Below are positions 8,702 through 17,410 of a stretch of DNA of 32,000 nucleotides, one piece after another. Positions within the stretch are counted from its first letter, which is position 1. Every line of letters begins with the position of its first letter. The translations under genes and the position numbers were made by a program. This DNA is from an archaeon. GTDB taxonomy: Archaea; Iainarchaeota; Iainarchaeia; Iainarchaeales; JANQMZ01. The stretch covers positions 780,001 through 812,000 of the forward strand of contig JANQMZ010000007.1 in the NCBI GenBank assembly GCA_028279805.1. The letters are read 5' to 3'. The notes under the pieces are model-generated. The model had not been told where the DNA came from, searched no databases, and worked only from the letters and a program-made list of their open reading frames with translations.

Positions 8702-9016
8702 TTGTCCGTGGTATCATATGTTTGGGATTTTTTAAGACCTTTTACAACAGTTGCGCATGAATTTGCTTTGCCTATAAAGTTTTTGATTTTATTGCTTTCA
8801 CTGGCATTGCTTTTTATTTCCTTTCTGGCTTACAGAAAAGCTAAAAGCCGGAAATTTTTGTTTATTGCTTTGGCTTTTGCTTTTTTTGCAATTAAATGGA
8901 CTCTTAAAATTGTTGACATTTTTTTAAGCCCCGGTCTTTTTTTAGCTGATGCTACTGAAAATATTTTTGAATTGTTGATTTTTGTTTCATTGTTTTTAGC
9001 ATTGTTTAAAAAATAG
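8702..9016 (+). CDS. Small membrane protein (about 3 TM helices)
   Basis: Hydrophobic segments 'FLILLLSLALLFISFLAY' and 'FIALAFAFFAIKW'; TTG start; followed closely by a winged-helix regulator. Confidence 0.7.
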   Translation: MSVVSYVWDFLRPFTTVAHEFALPIKFLILLLSLALLFISFLAYRKAKSRKFLFIALAFAFFAIKWTLKIVDIFLSPGLFLADATENIFELLIFVSLFLALFKK

Positions 9017-9026
9017 GTGCTTTTTT

Positions 9027-9560
9027 GTGTTTGATGACCGTGAAAAAGTGTTAAAGCTTGAAGTCAGAAAAAAAATAATGAAAGAAATAGCAAAAAGCCC
9101 GGGCATTCATTTTAGAGAGCTTCAACGCAGAACAAAGCTTGCTGTTGGTTCATTGCAGTATCATTTGGATGTTTTGCAAAAAGTTCATTTAATTAAAACG
9201 GTTAAAAAAGGAAAATTTGTCAGATTTTTTCCTGTAATAGGGGAACAAACAGAGGAAGAAAAAGAAACTTTGTCTTTTTTAAGAGATGATAGTGTTAGAA
9301 AAATTGTTTTGTTGTTATTGTCAAAAGAACAGGTGAACAATAAACAGATTTCTGATTTTTTGGCTTTAAGCCCTTCAACTGTTTCTTTTCATTTGCAAAA
9401 ACTTGAAGAAGGGGGTCTGATTGTAAAGCACAGGCAGGGAAGACAGACTTTTTTTTCCTTAATTGAACCTGAAAAAGCCAGAGAACTGTTAATTGGTTAT
9501 AAGAAAAGTTTTCTGGATGACATGGTTGACTCTTTTGTTGAGGTTTGGCAGGAAGTTTAA
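9027..9560 (+). CDS. Winged-helix transcriptional regulator with two tandem wHTH domains
   Basis: 'GIHFRELQRRTKLAVGSLQYHLDVLQKVHLI' and 'NNKQISDFLALSPSTVSFHLQKLEEGGLI'; GTG start. Confidence 0.85.
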   Translation: MFDDREKVLKLEVRKKIMKEIAKSPGIHFRELQRRTKLAVGSLQYHLDVLQKVHLIKTVKKGKFVRFFPVIGEQTEEEKETLSFLRDDSVRKIVLLLLSKEQVNNKQISDFLALSPSTVSFHLQKLEEGGLIVKHRQGRQTFFSLIEPEKARELLIGYKKSFLDDMVDSFVEVWQEV

Positions 9561-9928
9561 AAGAAAATCAGTCCTGCAAAAAACCCGGCCACGCCGACAA
9601 GCACATCCATTATTTTATCCTGTAATTCTTCTTCAAAATGATGGTCTGATTTTTGTGCCAGTTGTACTTCAATAAATTCCCATGCAATTATTATAAACAG
9701 TGCCAAAAAAATTTGTTTTGTAAAAAAACTTAGGGCAAATCCTCCCAAAAAATGCGGAATATTGTCAAACCACCAGTATTTTTTATACCAGTGTTGTTTT
9801 TTTCCAACAAGCGACACTAACAGGAATAATAAAAATATTAATATTATTCCGATATTAACCTGAATAAAAGAAAGCACGGCAAAAGCTATTGCCAACTGAA
9901 CAATTATTCCCAAAGTGCTTCCAGTCAT
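9557..9928 (-). CDS. Small integral membrane protein, 123 aa
   Basis: Multiple hydrophobic helices with 'DNIPHFLGGFALSFF' and 'WEFIEVQLA'. Confidence 0.7.
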   Translation of the reverse strand: MTGSTLGIIVQLAIAFAVLSFIQVNIGIILIFLLFLLVSLVGKKQHWYKKYWWFDNIPHFLGGFALSFFTKQIFLALFIIIAWEFIEVQLAQKSDHHFEEELQDKIMDVLVGVAGFFAGLIFF

Positions 9929-9962
9929 GTTAAAATTGGATTAAAATTGTTTAAAAAAAGAG

Positions 9963-10036
9963 TGGGGAGGGCAAGATTTGAACTTGCGACCTCTCGATTA
10001 TCAGTCGAGTGCTCCACCAAACTAAGCTACCCCCCC
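9963..10036 (-). tRNA. tRNA-Ile (anticodon GAT)
   Basis: Reverse complement GGGGGGGTAGCTTAGTTTGGTGGAGC-A-CTCGA-CTGATAA-TCGAG-AGGTC-GCAAG-TTCAAAT-CTTGC-CCTCCCC-A. Confidence 0.93.
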
Positions 10037-10087
10037 ATTCAACCATGGTTTATTATTTAGTCTAAAACAGGTTTTTAAAGCTTAATT

Positions 10088-10861
10088 TTATGTTCTTAAT
10101 TTGTATCCTTTTCTGAATAAATGTAAATTGATTGAAAATGAAGCAACTGAAAGCAACAGAATCATTATAATGCCGATTAAAATATTTCCTTCATTTAAGC
10201 CGATCATGCTGTACCTTATTCCGTTTACAATGTGAAAAAACGGATTCCACCATGTGATTGTTTGCAGAATGGGGGGCAAAAATTTTATTGAATGGAATAC
10301 TCCGCCTAAAAATGTCAAAGGTGTTATCAAAAAAATTGTAAAAATTTCCACATGCTCAAACTCTGATGCCCACAACCCGACTGTTAATCCAAGTGATGCA
10401 AAAACAAAACTTGTAAGTATTAAAAAAAACAATAACAATGGCAGGTTAAAAATTATAACAGGTTTAAACAAAAGAGAAGTTAAATAAATTAGTATTCCCA
10501 CAAGCAATCCTTTTATTACTCCTCCCAGAGTAAAACCTAAAACAATTTCTTTGTAAGACATTGGTGCTGTTAAAATATCTGAAACATGTCCCACAAATTT
10601 CATTAAAAATAATGAAAAAGCTGAATTTGAATAAGAACTTGTAATCATGTTCAAAGTAATCAAGCCCGGAATAAAAAACAAAATAAAATCAATTCCTTCA
10701 ATTTGCGGAATTCTCGGGCCTATAAAAAAACCAAAAATTATCATGAATAAAGCGGCATTCATTATTGGCGGTACAAATGTCTGAATTTTTATTCTCATAA
10801 ATCTTGCTATTTCTCTTTTTAACAATGTTTTAAACCCTGTCAAATTCTTCACGCACACCAC
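10088..10861 (-). CDS. ABC-2 type transporter permease
   Basis: Six hydrophobic segments, 'FFIPGLITLNMITSSYSNSAFSLFLMK...DILTAPMSYKEIVLG', 'LTFLGGVFHSIKFLPPILQTITWWNPFFHIVNGIRYSMIG'. Confidence 0.9.
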   Translation of the reverse strand: MVCVKNLTGFKTLLKREIARFMRIKIQTFVPPIMNAALFMIIFGFFIGPRIPQIEGIDFILFFIPGLITLNMITSSYSNSAFSLFLMKFVGHVSDILTAPMSYKEIVLGFTLGGVIKGLLVGILIYLTSLLFKPVIIFNLPLLLFFLILTSFVFASLGLTVGLWASEFEHVEIFTIFLITPLTFLGGVFHSIKFLPPILQTITWWNPFFHIVNGIRYSMIGLNEGNILIGIIMILLLSVASFSINLHLFRKGYKLRT

Positions 10862-11774
10862 CCGTTATTTTCAAATAAATGTCTTCCAGTTGGTCTTTTA
10901 CAATTTCAACATGTTTTACTCCTATTTTTTGAGCATTTAAAGCGTTCAAAACTTTTGATAATTCTACATCTGCATTTTTGCAAACAACTTCAAGAACATT
11001 TCCATTTTTTTTAAGTTCACATTTTATTTGTTTTTTTAATTTGTCAGGAATTTTGTCAAGTTTTTGGTTTAAAGTTATTTCAATTTTTTGATTGCTCATG
11101 TTTTGTAAAAGATTTTCAGTTGAATCAACTTTTATCATTTCTCCTTTGTTAATGATTCCGATTGTATTGCAAAGTTTTTCAGCTTCTTCAATGTAATGAG
11201 TTGTTAACAAAATTGTTATTCCTTCATTGTTAATTTTTTTAAAATAATTCCATAGTCTCCGCCTTAATTCAACATCTGTGCCCTCAGTGGGCTCATCCAA
11301 AATAATTAAATCTGGTTCGTGAACTAATGCTTTTGCAATTGTTAAACGCCTTTTCATCCCGCCTGACAATTCTCTGAACCTTGCATTTTCTTTTTCTTTT
11401 AAATCAAAAGCTTTTAGTAATTCTTCTGCTCTGGTTTCAGCATCTTTTTTTCCAATGCCAAAATATCCTGCTTGAAATTCCAGTATTTTTCTGACATTTA
11501 AAAAAGGGTCAAATGCAATATCCTGTCTTGACAATCCGATTAATCCTCTTGTTTTTTGATAATCTTTTATGACATCATATCCAAAAACTTTTATTGAGCC
11601 TGAATCAAAATTATTCAAACCAACAATTGATCTGATTGTTGTTGTTTTTCCGGCACCGTTTGGCCCCAGATAACCAAAAAAATCTCCTTTTTCTATTTCC
11701 AGATTAATGTTTTTTAAAGCCTGCAAACCGTTGTAAGATTTGTTTAATCCTTTAATTGATAAAGCGTTAACCAT
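10830..11774 (-). CDS. ABC transporter ATP-binding protein (DrrA/CcmA-like)
   Basis: Walker A 'GPNGAGKTTT', signature 'LSGGMKRRLTIAKAL', Walker B 'DLIILDEPTEG'. Overlaps the permease start. Confidence 0.95.
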   Translation of the reverse strand: MVNALSIKGLNKSYNGLQALKNINLEIEKGDFFGYLGPNGAGKTTTIRSIVGLNNFDSGSIKVFGYDVIKDYQKTRGLIGLSRQDIAFDPFLNVRKILEFQAGYFGIGKKDAETRAEELLKAFDLKEKENARFRELSGGMKRRLTIAKALVHEPDLIILDEPTEGTDVELRRRLWNYFKKINNEGITILLTTHYIEEAEKLCNTIGIINKGEMIKVDSTENLLQNMSNQKIEITLNQKLDKIPDKLKKQIKCELKKNGNVLEVVCKNADVELSKVLNALNAQKIGVKHVEIVKDQLEDIYLKITGGVREEFDRV

Positions 11775-11831
11775 TAGACAAAAAAGCCATAAAACACTTT
11801 AAAACCTTACCAGCGCATTTTTACTATGTTT

Positions 11832-11904
11832 AGCCCCGTAGTGTAGAGGCCAAGCATTCAGGGCTTTGAACCCTGCGACGGGAGTTCGAATCTCCCCGGG
11901 GCTA
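11832..11904 (+). tRNA. tRNA-Gln (anticodon TTG)
   Basis: Acceptor AGCCCCG/CGGGGCT, anticodon arm CAGGG-CTTTGAA-CCCTG, T arm GGGAG-TTCGAAT-CTCCC, discriminator A. Confidence 0.93.
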
Positions 11905-11937
11905 TATTTTTATTAATTTCAAAAGAGTTGTTTTTGC

Positions 11938-12171
11938 ATGGGAATCGGAGACAAAATCAGGAAATTTGTCACAGGGCAGACAAAAGAAGAAGAATTGCAG
12001 GAAAAAAAGCAAAAAGAAGAGCAAATTCAAAAATCAAAAACTGAGCCGCAAAGTGAGGAAGATGTTTGTGCTTTTTGCCAGCAGCCAAATCCTGATAAAA
12101 AATGGGCAGGACAGCTTTGGCATAAAAAGTGTTACAGAAAAATGAGAAACAAGGCAAAATCAATGCTTTAA
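11938..12171 (+). CDS. Small protein (77 aa) with C-terminal zinc-finger-like motif
   Basis: 'CAFCQQPNPDKKWAGQLWHKKC' = C-x2-C-x15-H-x3-C, after a Lys/Gln-rich linker. Confidence 0.65.
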   Translation: MGIGDKIRKFVTGQTKEEELQEKKQKEEQIQKSKTEPQSEEDVCAFCQQPNPDKKWAGQLWHKKCYRKMRNKAKSML

Positions 12172-13164
12172 TTTTTTTTTCAGAATTTCAATATTTTTAA
12201 CAGGGCTTGGATTAACTTTGTACAATAATGCCAGATAATAAGAACAATAATCTCCTAAAAGCGAGGCATAAAAAAGTTTTTCCATTAAAGTTTTTCCTTT
12301 GACTTTTATTTCAATCACTTTTGAATGTTTTTTTATAATATTTTTTGCAACATTGATTCTTTTTTTTATTTTAACACTTTCTTTTGCATCCCTGAAAAAA
12401 ACAAATACAAGTTTTCCTGAATTTTTATAACCAACAAGTTCATTATGTGTTAATTCGGGAAAAATGTTCCAGTGTGAAAAAGCTTTTGAGTTTTCAGCCA
12501 GTTGAGTGTGAAATCTTATTAAAACGGATTTGAACAAATATTGCCCGTAAATTATTGGTGTTTTGTTTTTGATTTGCAAAGCAAGATTTTTTCCTTGTTT
12601 TTCAAGTTCTTTGTTGTATTTGTTTAAAAATCTGTAAGTGTTTTCAAGTTCTTTGTTTTTTTTTGTCAAATTCAGTCTTTGCATTATCGCCATCATTGGC
12701 ACAAAACTGAATGCAAGCTGTGTTCTTGGAGGAAAACCGCCTGAAACTTTTAAAACATATTTTGATTTTTTTGCAAGCTTGCCGCCTGAAGTTATTGCTA
12801 TAATGCTTGCTTTTTTCTTTTTAGCCTGTTTAAAGCCTGAAATTGTTTCTTCTGTATTTCCGGAATAGCTTACCGCGAAAAACAAAGTGTTTTTTGTAAC
12901 TGTTGTCGGAATGCTGTAAGACTGGTTTACTTTTACCAGAATTTTGCTGTTCTTATGCATCAAATTTTTTATTATTTCTCCGCCGATGCCTGAACCGCCC
13001 ATTCCCTGAATGCAGACATGGTCAAATTTCTTTTTTTTAAAAGACTGGGGAATTGGCCATTTTTTTCCGAATTCGTAAGCTTCTTTGAATTGCGTCGGAA
13101 ACTGTTTTAATAATTTAATCATGTTTTGTTTGTCAACTTGTTTCATTAGTTTTTGAAAATTCAT
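12160..13164 (-). CDS. Bifunctional phosphoglucose/phosphomannose isomerase-like protein
   Basis: 'CIQGMGGSGIGGEIIKNL', 'FFAVSYSGNTEETISGFKQA', 'IAITSGGKL', 'PPRTQLAFSFVPMMA', 'NIFPELTHNELVG'-like C-terminal motif (WNIFPELTHNELVGY). Confidence 0.9.
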   Translation of the reverse strand: MNFQKLMKQVDKQNMIKLLKQFPTQFKEAYEFGKKWPIPQSFKKKKFDHVCIQGMGGSGIGGEIIKNLMHKNSKILVKVNQSYSIPTTVTKNTLFFAVSYSGNTEETISGFKQAKKKKASIIAITSGGKLAKKSKYVLKVSGGFPPRTQLAFSFVPMMAIMQRLNLTKKNKELENTYRFLNKYNKELEKQGKNLALQIKNKTPIIYGQYLFKSVLIRFHTQLAENSKAFSHWNIFPELTHNELVGYKNSGKLVFVFFRDAKESVKIKKRINVAKNIIKKHSKVIEIKVKGKTLMEKLFYASLLGDYCSYYLALLYKVNPSPVKNIEILKKKLKH

Positions 13165-13168
13165 TTAA

Positions 13169-15031
13169 TCACTTTTTTTCTAATTCTTTTTTTAACAATT
13201 CTGCAATTTGTTTCCCAGAAGCCTTGCCGCGCATTTCTTTCATAACATCACCCATTAAAGCTGATAATGCGTTCATTCCTTTTTCTTTTATTAAACCTGA
13301 ATTTTTTTGAACAACTTTTTTTACAATTGTTTCAATTTCTTCTGAGTTTTTTGCATCATGCCTGATAATGTTTTCCAGTTTTTGTTCAGGCTCTTTAATC
13401 CAGTTTTTCGCAATTTCTTCTGTTACATCTTTTGTTATTATTCCTTTTTTTTGTGCTTCAAATATTTGTTCAATTTTATTGTAATCCAATAACTGTGTTT
13501 CAATATTTTCTCTTTCCAGTTTTTTTAAGCTTTCTAGTACAAAAACCGCAATAGTTGTTGCATTGAATCCTTTTTTGAGCATTGATTCAAAAAAACAGGC
13601 GTGATTGCTTAATTTCATTTCATTTGCAAGTTTTTCACTTAAACCATGTTTTTTGTACAGTTTTTCCCTTTCTTCAACTGTTAAAGGCAAATCTTTTTTC
13701 AATTCCTGTAATTCTTTTTTTTCAATAATTTTATGCCTTAAATCTGTTTCCGGATACATTCTGGCTGCTCCGGGCAAAGGCCTTGAATAGCCTGAATTTC
13801 CCCCTTCCAATGCATTTCTTGTTTCATTTGGCACTCCTTTTAATCCCTGTTCGCATCTTTCAACAACAACATTTATTCCTTTCAATGCTTCTTTTTCAGG
13901 CCCTAAAATTAAAACAAATCCGTCTTTTTGCCCGCATTTTAATTCTTTTTTTAATTCTTCTAATTCTTTTTCACTGATTCCGTATTTTGGCAGTTCATCT
14001 GAATGAATCAATCCTTTTAGTTTTGTTTTTTGTTTAATGTAATCGGCTAATTCTGTTGCAAATCTTTTATCCGGCTGCAATTCTTTTCCGAGCAATCCTG
14101 AAAAATTTTCCAGTTTTAATCCTAAAACAATTCCTTTTTGTTTTAATGCTTTTTGAATTAATTTTGCATTTGTTTTTGTGAAATTTTTGGTTAAATTTTT
14201 TGAAATGTTTTCAATTTTTACAACGCCGCGTTTTTTTAATTCTTTTTTTATTTCAAGCAAACCAGTCTGCCTTTGTACCTCCCTTCTAACATATTCATCC
14301 ATTAACTCCAAATCCTGCACTCCTTTTAATTCAGTTCTTGCACCGTTTTTTATGCTGATATTTACATCCTGCCTTATGCTTCCCAAACCTCTTTTTGCTT
14401 TGCACGTCCTCCTGAACAATTGCCCAATTTTTAATGCACAATTTTTCACTTCTTCAGGCGTGTGCAAAACAGGTTCTGTTGCTAATTCTATTAAAGGAAT
14501 TCCCAGCCTGTCCAGATTGTAAACAATTTTGTTTGGAGTTGTTTCAATTGTTCTTGCGGAATCTTCTTCCAATACAATTGTCTGAATTCCTATTTTTTTT
14601 CCATCTGAATTTATTTCCCCGCCTAATGCAACCAAACCGGTTCTCTGAAACCCGGTTGTATTTGAACCGTCTATAACTGTTTTTCTCATTATAATTAATT
14701 CATCTAAAATTTTTGAATTGCACATTAATGCAATTTTTAAAATTGTTTTCAAAGCTTCTTTGTCAACAGGGCTCGGAGGCTCTTCATCCGCTTCAACCAA
14801 TCCTGCCGAATCATAATTTCCCAAATACTTGTATTCTAAATTTTTTTCAAAAGCTTCCAATGCAGCTTTATCCATTTCACCTGTTTCTGAAGCTGTCGGC
14901 CTTAATTTTCTGGTAAAAGAATAATGAGTTTTATCGCTTAAAATGCTGGGATACCTTGAAAACAGTTTCCCGGTTTCAAGCTGCTGATGGCATTCTAATC
15001 CTGCTTTTAAGCCCAATTCTTTGTAATTCAT
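13169..15031 (-). CDS. gatE: Glutamyl-tRNA(Gln) amidotransferase subunit E (archaeal GatDE)
   Basis: 'LKAGLECHQQLET-GKLFSRYP', 'DSAGLVEADEEPP', 'GLGSIRQDVNISIKNGARTELKGVQDL', GAD-like insert ending 'SRPLPGAARMYPETDL', C-terminal GatB/YqeY-like region. Confidence 0.95.
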   Translation of the reverse strand: MNYKELGLKAGLECHQQLETGKLFSRYPSILSDKTHYSFTRKLRPTASETGEMDKAALEAFEKNLEYKYLGNYDSAGLVEADEEPPSPVDKEALKTILKIALMCNSKILDELIIMRKTVIDGSNTTGFQRTGLVALGGEINSDGKKIGIQTIVLEEDSARTIETTPNKIVYNLDRLGIPLIELATEPVLHTPEEVKNCALKIGQLFRRTCKAKRGLGSIRQDVNISIKNGARTELKGVQDLELMDEYVRREVQRQTGLLEIKKELKKRGVVKIENISKNLTKNFTKTNAKLIQKALKQKGIVLGLKLENFSGLLGKELQPDKRFATELADYIKQKTKLKGLIHSDELPKYGISEKELEELKKELKCGQKDGFVLILGPEKEALKGINVVVERCEQGLKGVPNETRNALEGGNSGYSRPLPGAARMYPETDLRHKIIEKKELQELKKDLPLTVEEREKLYKKHGLSEKLANEMKLSNHACFFESMLKKGFNATTIAVFVLESLKKLERENIETQLLDYNKIEQIFEAQKKGIITKDVTEEIAKNWIKEPEQKLENIIRHDAKNSEEIETIVKKVVQKNSGLIKEKGMNALSALMGDVMKEMRGKASGKQIAELLKKELEKK

Positions 15032-15137
15032 GTTTTCTCTTTTAAAGTAATCCTCAATCTTTTTAATAAAATGTCTTTCCCGGGCTATTGTTTTAAAATT
15101 TGTTCAGAATACTAATGTTTTTGCTGAGAGGAGTTGG

Positions 15138-17318
15138 TTGGGTATGCCAAAAAAATTTATCCTGATAGCCATGGCTATTATGGTATTAAGTTCACCGGTT
15201 TTTGCAGATTCCTGGTGGAATTCCGAATACAAAAACAGGACACCTTTAACTCTTGACCTTAACAAAAACAAATATTTTGGAATAGGTGACACGCTTGATT
15301 TAAATTTTTTAGATTTTAATTCAATGACAATTGCATGCAACGATTTGAATGATTTAAGAATTGTTGACCATGACAACAAAGAACTTGAAAGAATAATTTT
15401 GGGAAACAAAAACAGCAAAAACGGAAACATTTTTGCAACAGTTAAAACCGGTTTTGGTTCTGGAAAACACGTCTGGCATTTATATTCAAACAATCCCAGT
15501 TGTTCAAATCCTCCTAAAAAAATTAATTCTGTTATTAAAAATCGTTCTTTTGAACCAGCCTCTAATTTTAACTGGAGCGGAAAAACAGGACATTCCTGTG
15601 ACGGCGAATCATGCGGAGAACAACCACCCCAATATGATAATTCTTCATCTTCATCCTCTGAATATTTTTCACATGAAAAACATTCATGGAAACTTTACAC
15701 ATATGTTTACAGTGAAAGTTCAAATTCTGACCCTCATTCAAATGCCTGGGTTTTTCAAAAAAATGTTGATTTAAATAATGTTAACGGAATAAGAACCGAT
15801 TATAATTCAAGCAGCCGGGGAAAAAATGCTCAGATTCAAAACCAGTTTCTTTTAAAAATTTCAGGAGAGCCGGTGCATGAAATTTTTTCATATCCCGGGA
15901 AACAGCAGGGTGAAAAAAATGCTTTTGACAAATATTTGTTTCAGAACAAGTTAAATTTAACAGATGTGAATTACTGGTCTGAAGCTTATATTAATTGTTG
16001 TAGCTCTTCACCCGGCGAATCCGAGTTAACAGTTTTCGTTGACAACATTATAACTTTTTCTTCAGTTAAGCACAGCCTCGGAATAGAAGAAAGTCAGGGA
16101 AATTCTCCTGATGTAAATTTTTTAAAACCGGACATAAATGCAGTTATTAACAGAATTGACTCAAATAACCATATTATTGCATTTTCTTATTCTGATTTGG
16201 ATGAATCACAGCAAATGTTTGCACAACTCGGATGGCATTATTCGGACGGAAACAGCTTTGATAACATCATTATATCTGACTTAAATCTGAACAATTCACA
16301 GAATTGTAACGATTTTGATTTTAATACAGCCACAACCCAAAACTGTTTTTTTGACTGGAATTCTTATCCTCAGAAAACAACCCAAATTTTTATTGATTTA
16401 AAAGTTTTTGACTTGTTTGATTCAAACTATGTTTTTTCAGGGCCTTTTTTCACTGACTTTAATTCTCCAACTTTACAAATTTTTTCCCCGGATGAAAATG
16501 AGACAATTGAAACTGAAAACGTTCTGGTTCAGTTTGATGCAAATGATTCCTGTGGCCTGCAAAAATTTTTAATAAAACTTAACGATAAAGAATGGATTGA
16601 CAAAGGATTGGAAAAACAGCATTTGTTTGAAAATGTTGAAAACGGAAAACATGTTGTTATAGTTCAATCTTTTGATTTGTGTTCAAATGATTCAAATAAA
16701 AGTGTTAATTTTTTTGTACAGGTTCCCGAACCTGAACCCCAACCTCAAAATCCTCCTTCCCCGCCTTCATCCGGAGGCGGTGGTGCCGGTGGGGGCGGTG
16801 GTGGCGGAGGCGGCGGCCTTTTCCAAAAACCGAATTTTTTAATAAAAAATACAAACCAAAAAGAAATTGATGTTAATTTTTTGCTAAAAGATAATCAGAA
16901 TGAATTGAAAGAATGTGTTTTCTTTTTTGAATTTGTTCCAGAATTTGTTTCTTTTTCAGACGCATTTTTTGAATTTGAACAAAAACCTTTAACTTTTTCA
17001 GTTTCAAATAATTCAGTTAAATTTGATAAAAGTTTTTGCAATATTGTTGAAACAGGGGAACATGTTGTCATATTTTCATCAAATGAAAATGAATGGATTG
17101 TTACTTTTTTAAACGGCAAAGTGTTTGATGCCCGTGAAAAAAACAGTTTTGAATTTGTTAAAAATGATTCCGGTTTAACGGGTTTTTTTGTTTTGCCTGA
17201 TCTGAATCAGATTGCCTGGCCCGTTCCTCTTGCTTTTATTTTGTTTTTGCTGGCTGTCTTTGTTTTTTTTAAAAAGCTTAAAAAAACGCCTGTGAAAAAA
17301 ACTGAAAATCCTTTTTAA
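15138..17318 (+). CDS. Large secreted or surface-anchored protein, DUF2341-like N-terminal domain, Gly-rich linker, C-terminal TM anchor (start TTG 15138 or ATG 15144)
   Basis: Signal peptide 'KKFILIAMAIMVLSSPVFA', 'DSWWNSEYKNRTPLTLDLN...LRIVDHDNKELERI', Pro/Gly linker 'PEPEPQPQNPPSPPSSGGGGAGGGGGGGGGG', C-terminal hydrophobic helix followed by basic residues. Confidence 0.85.
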   Translation: MGMPKKFILIAMAIMVLSSPVFADSWWNSEYKNRTPLTLDLNKNKYFGIGDTLDLNFLDFNSMTIACNDLNDLRIVDHDNKELERIILGNKNSKNGNIFATVKTGFGSGKHVWHLYSNNPSCSNPPKKINSVIKNRSFEPASNFNWSGKTGHSCDGESCGEQPPQYDNSSSSSSEYFSHEKHSWKLYTYVYSESSNSDPHSNAWVFQKNVDLNNVNGIRTDYNSSSRGKNAQIQNQFLLKISGEPVHEIFSYPGKQQGEKNAFDKYLFQNKLNLTDVNYWSEAYINCCSSSPGESELTVFVDNIITFSSVKHSLGIEESQGNSPDVNFLKPDINAVINRIDSNNHIIAFSYSDLDESQQMFAQLGWHYSDGNSFDNIIISDLNLNNSQNCNDFDFNTATTQNCFFDWNSYPQKTTQIFIDLKVFDLFDSNYVFSGPFFTDFNSPTLQIFSPDENETIETENVLVQFDANDSCGLQKFLIKLNDKEWIDKGLEKQHLFENVENGKHVVIVQSFDLCSNDSNKSVNFFVQVPEPEPQPQNPPSPPSSGGGGAGGGGGGGGGGLFQKPNFLIKNTNQKEIDVNFLLKDNQNELKECVFFFEFVPEFVSFSDAFFEFEQKPLTFSVSNNSVKFDKSFCNIVETGEHVVIFSSNENEWIVTFLNGKVFDAREKNSFEFVKNDSGLTGFFVLPDLNQIAWPVPLAFILFLLAVFVFFKKLKKTPVKKTENPF

Positions 17319-17410
17319 ACTTTTTTTGAGTTATTAAAGCTTTTAGGGGTTGTTTTTTAAAAGTTTTCAAGGAAATTTAGTTATATTGTCTTTATTTAGG
17401 GGGAAAAACT

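Noticed and set aside
10254-10487. 77-aa plus-strand ORF
   Set aside because: Antisense to the ABC-2 permease with no recognisable features.
9557-12171. ABC exporter, tRNAs and small genes as a bacteriocin or defence island
   Set aside because: There is an ordinary ABC-2 pair but no precursor peptide, immunity or modification enzyme; nothing supports a biosynthetic island.
12160-15031. Possible toxin-antitoxin or defence cassette
   Set aside because: Both genes are housekeeping (sugar isomerase and GatE) with strong conserved motifs.
15104-15493. 129-aa minus-strand ORF upstream of gatE
   Set aside because: Overlaps the signal-peptide and DUF2341-like part of the 15138 gene on the opposite strand, which has much better protein-level support.
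15433-15774. 113-aa plus-strand alternative-frame ORF
   Set aside because: Out of frame within the 15138-17318 gene; sequence looks like a frame-shifted translation.
16773-16817. GC-rich repeated GGT/GGC tract as a possible mobile element or CRISPR-like repeat
   Set aside because: It is an in-frame poly-Gly codon run within a surface-protein linker, without spacers or flanking repeats.
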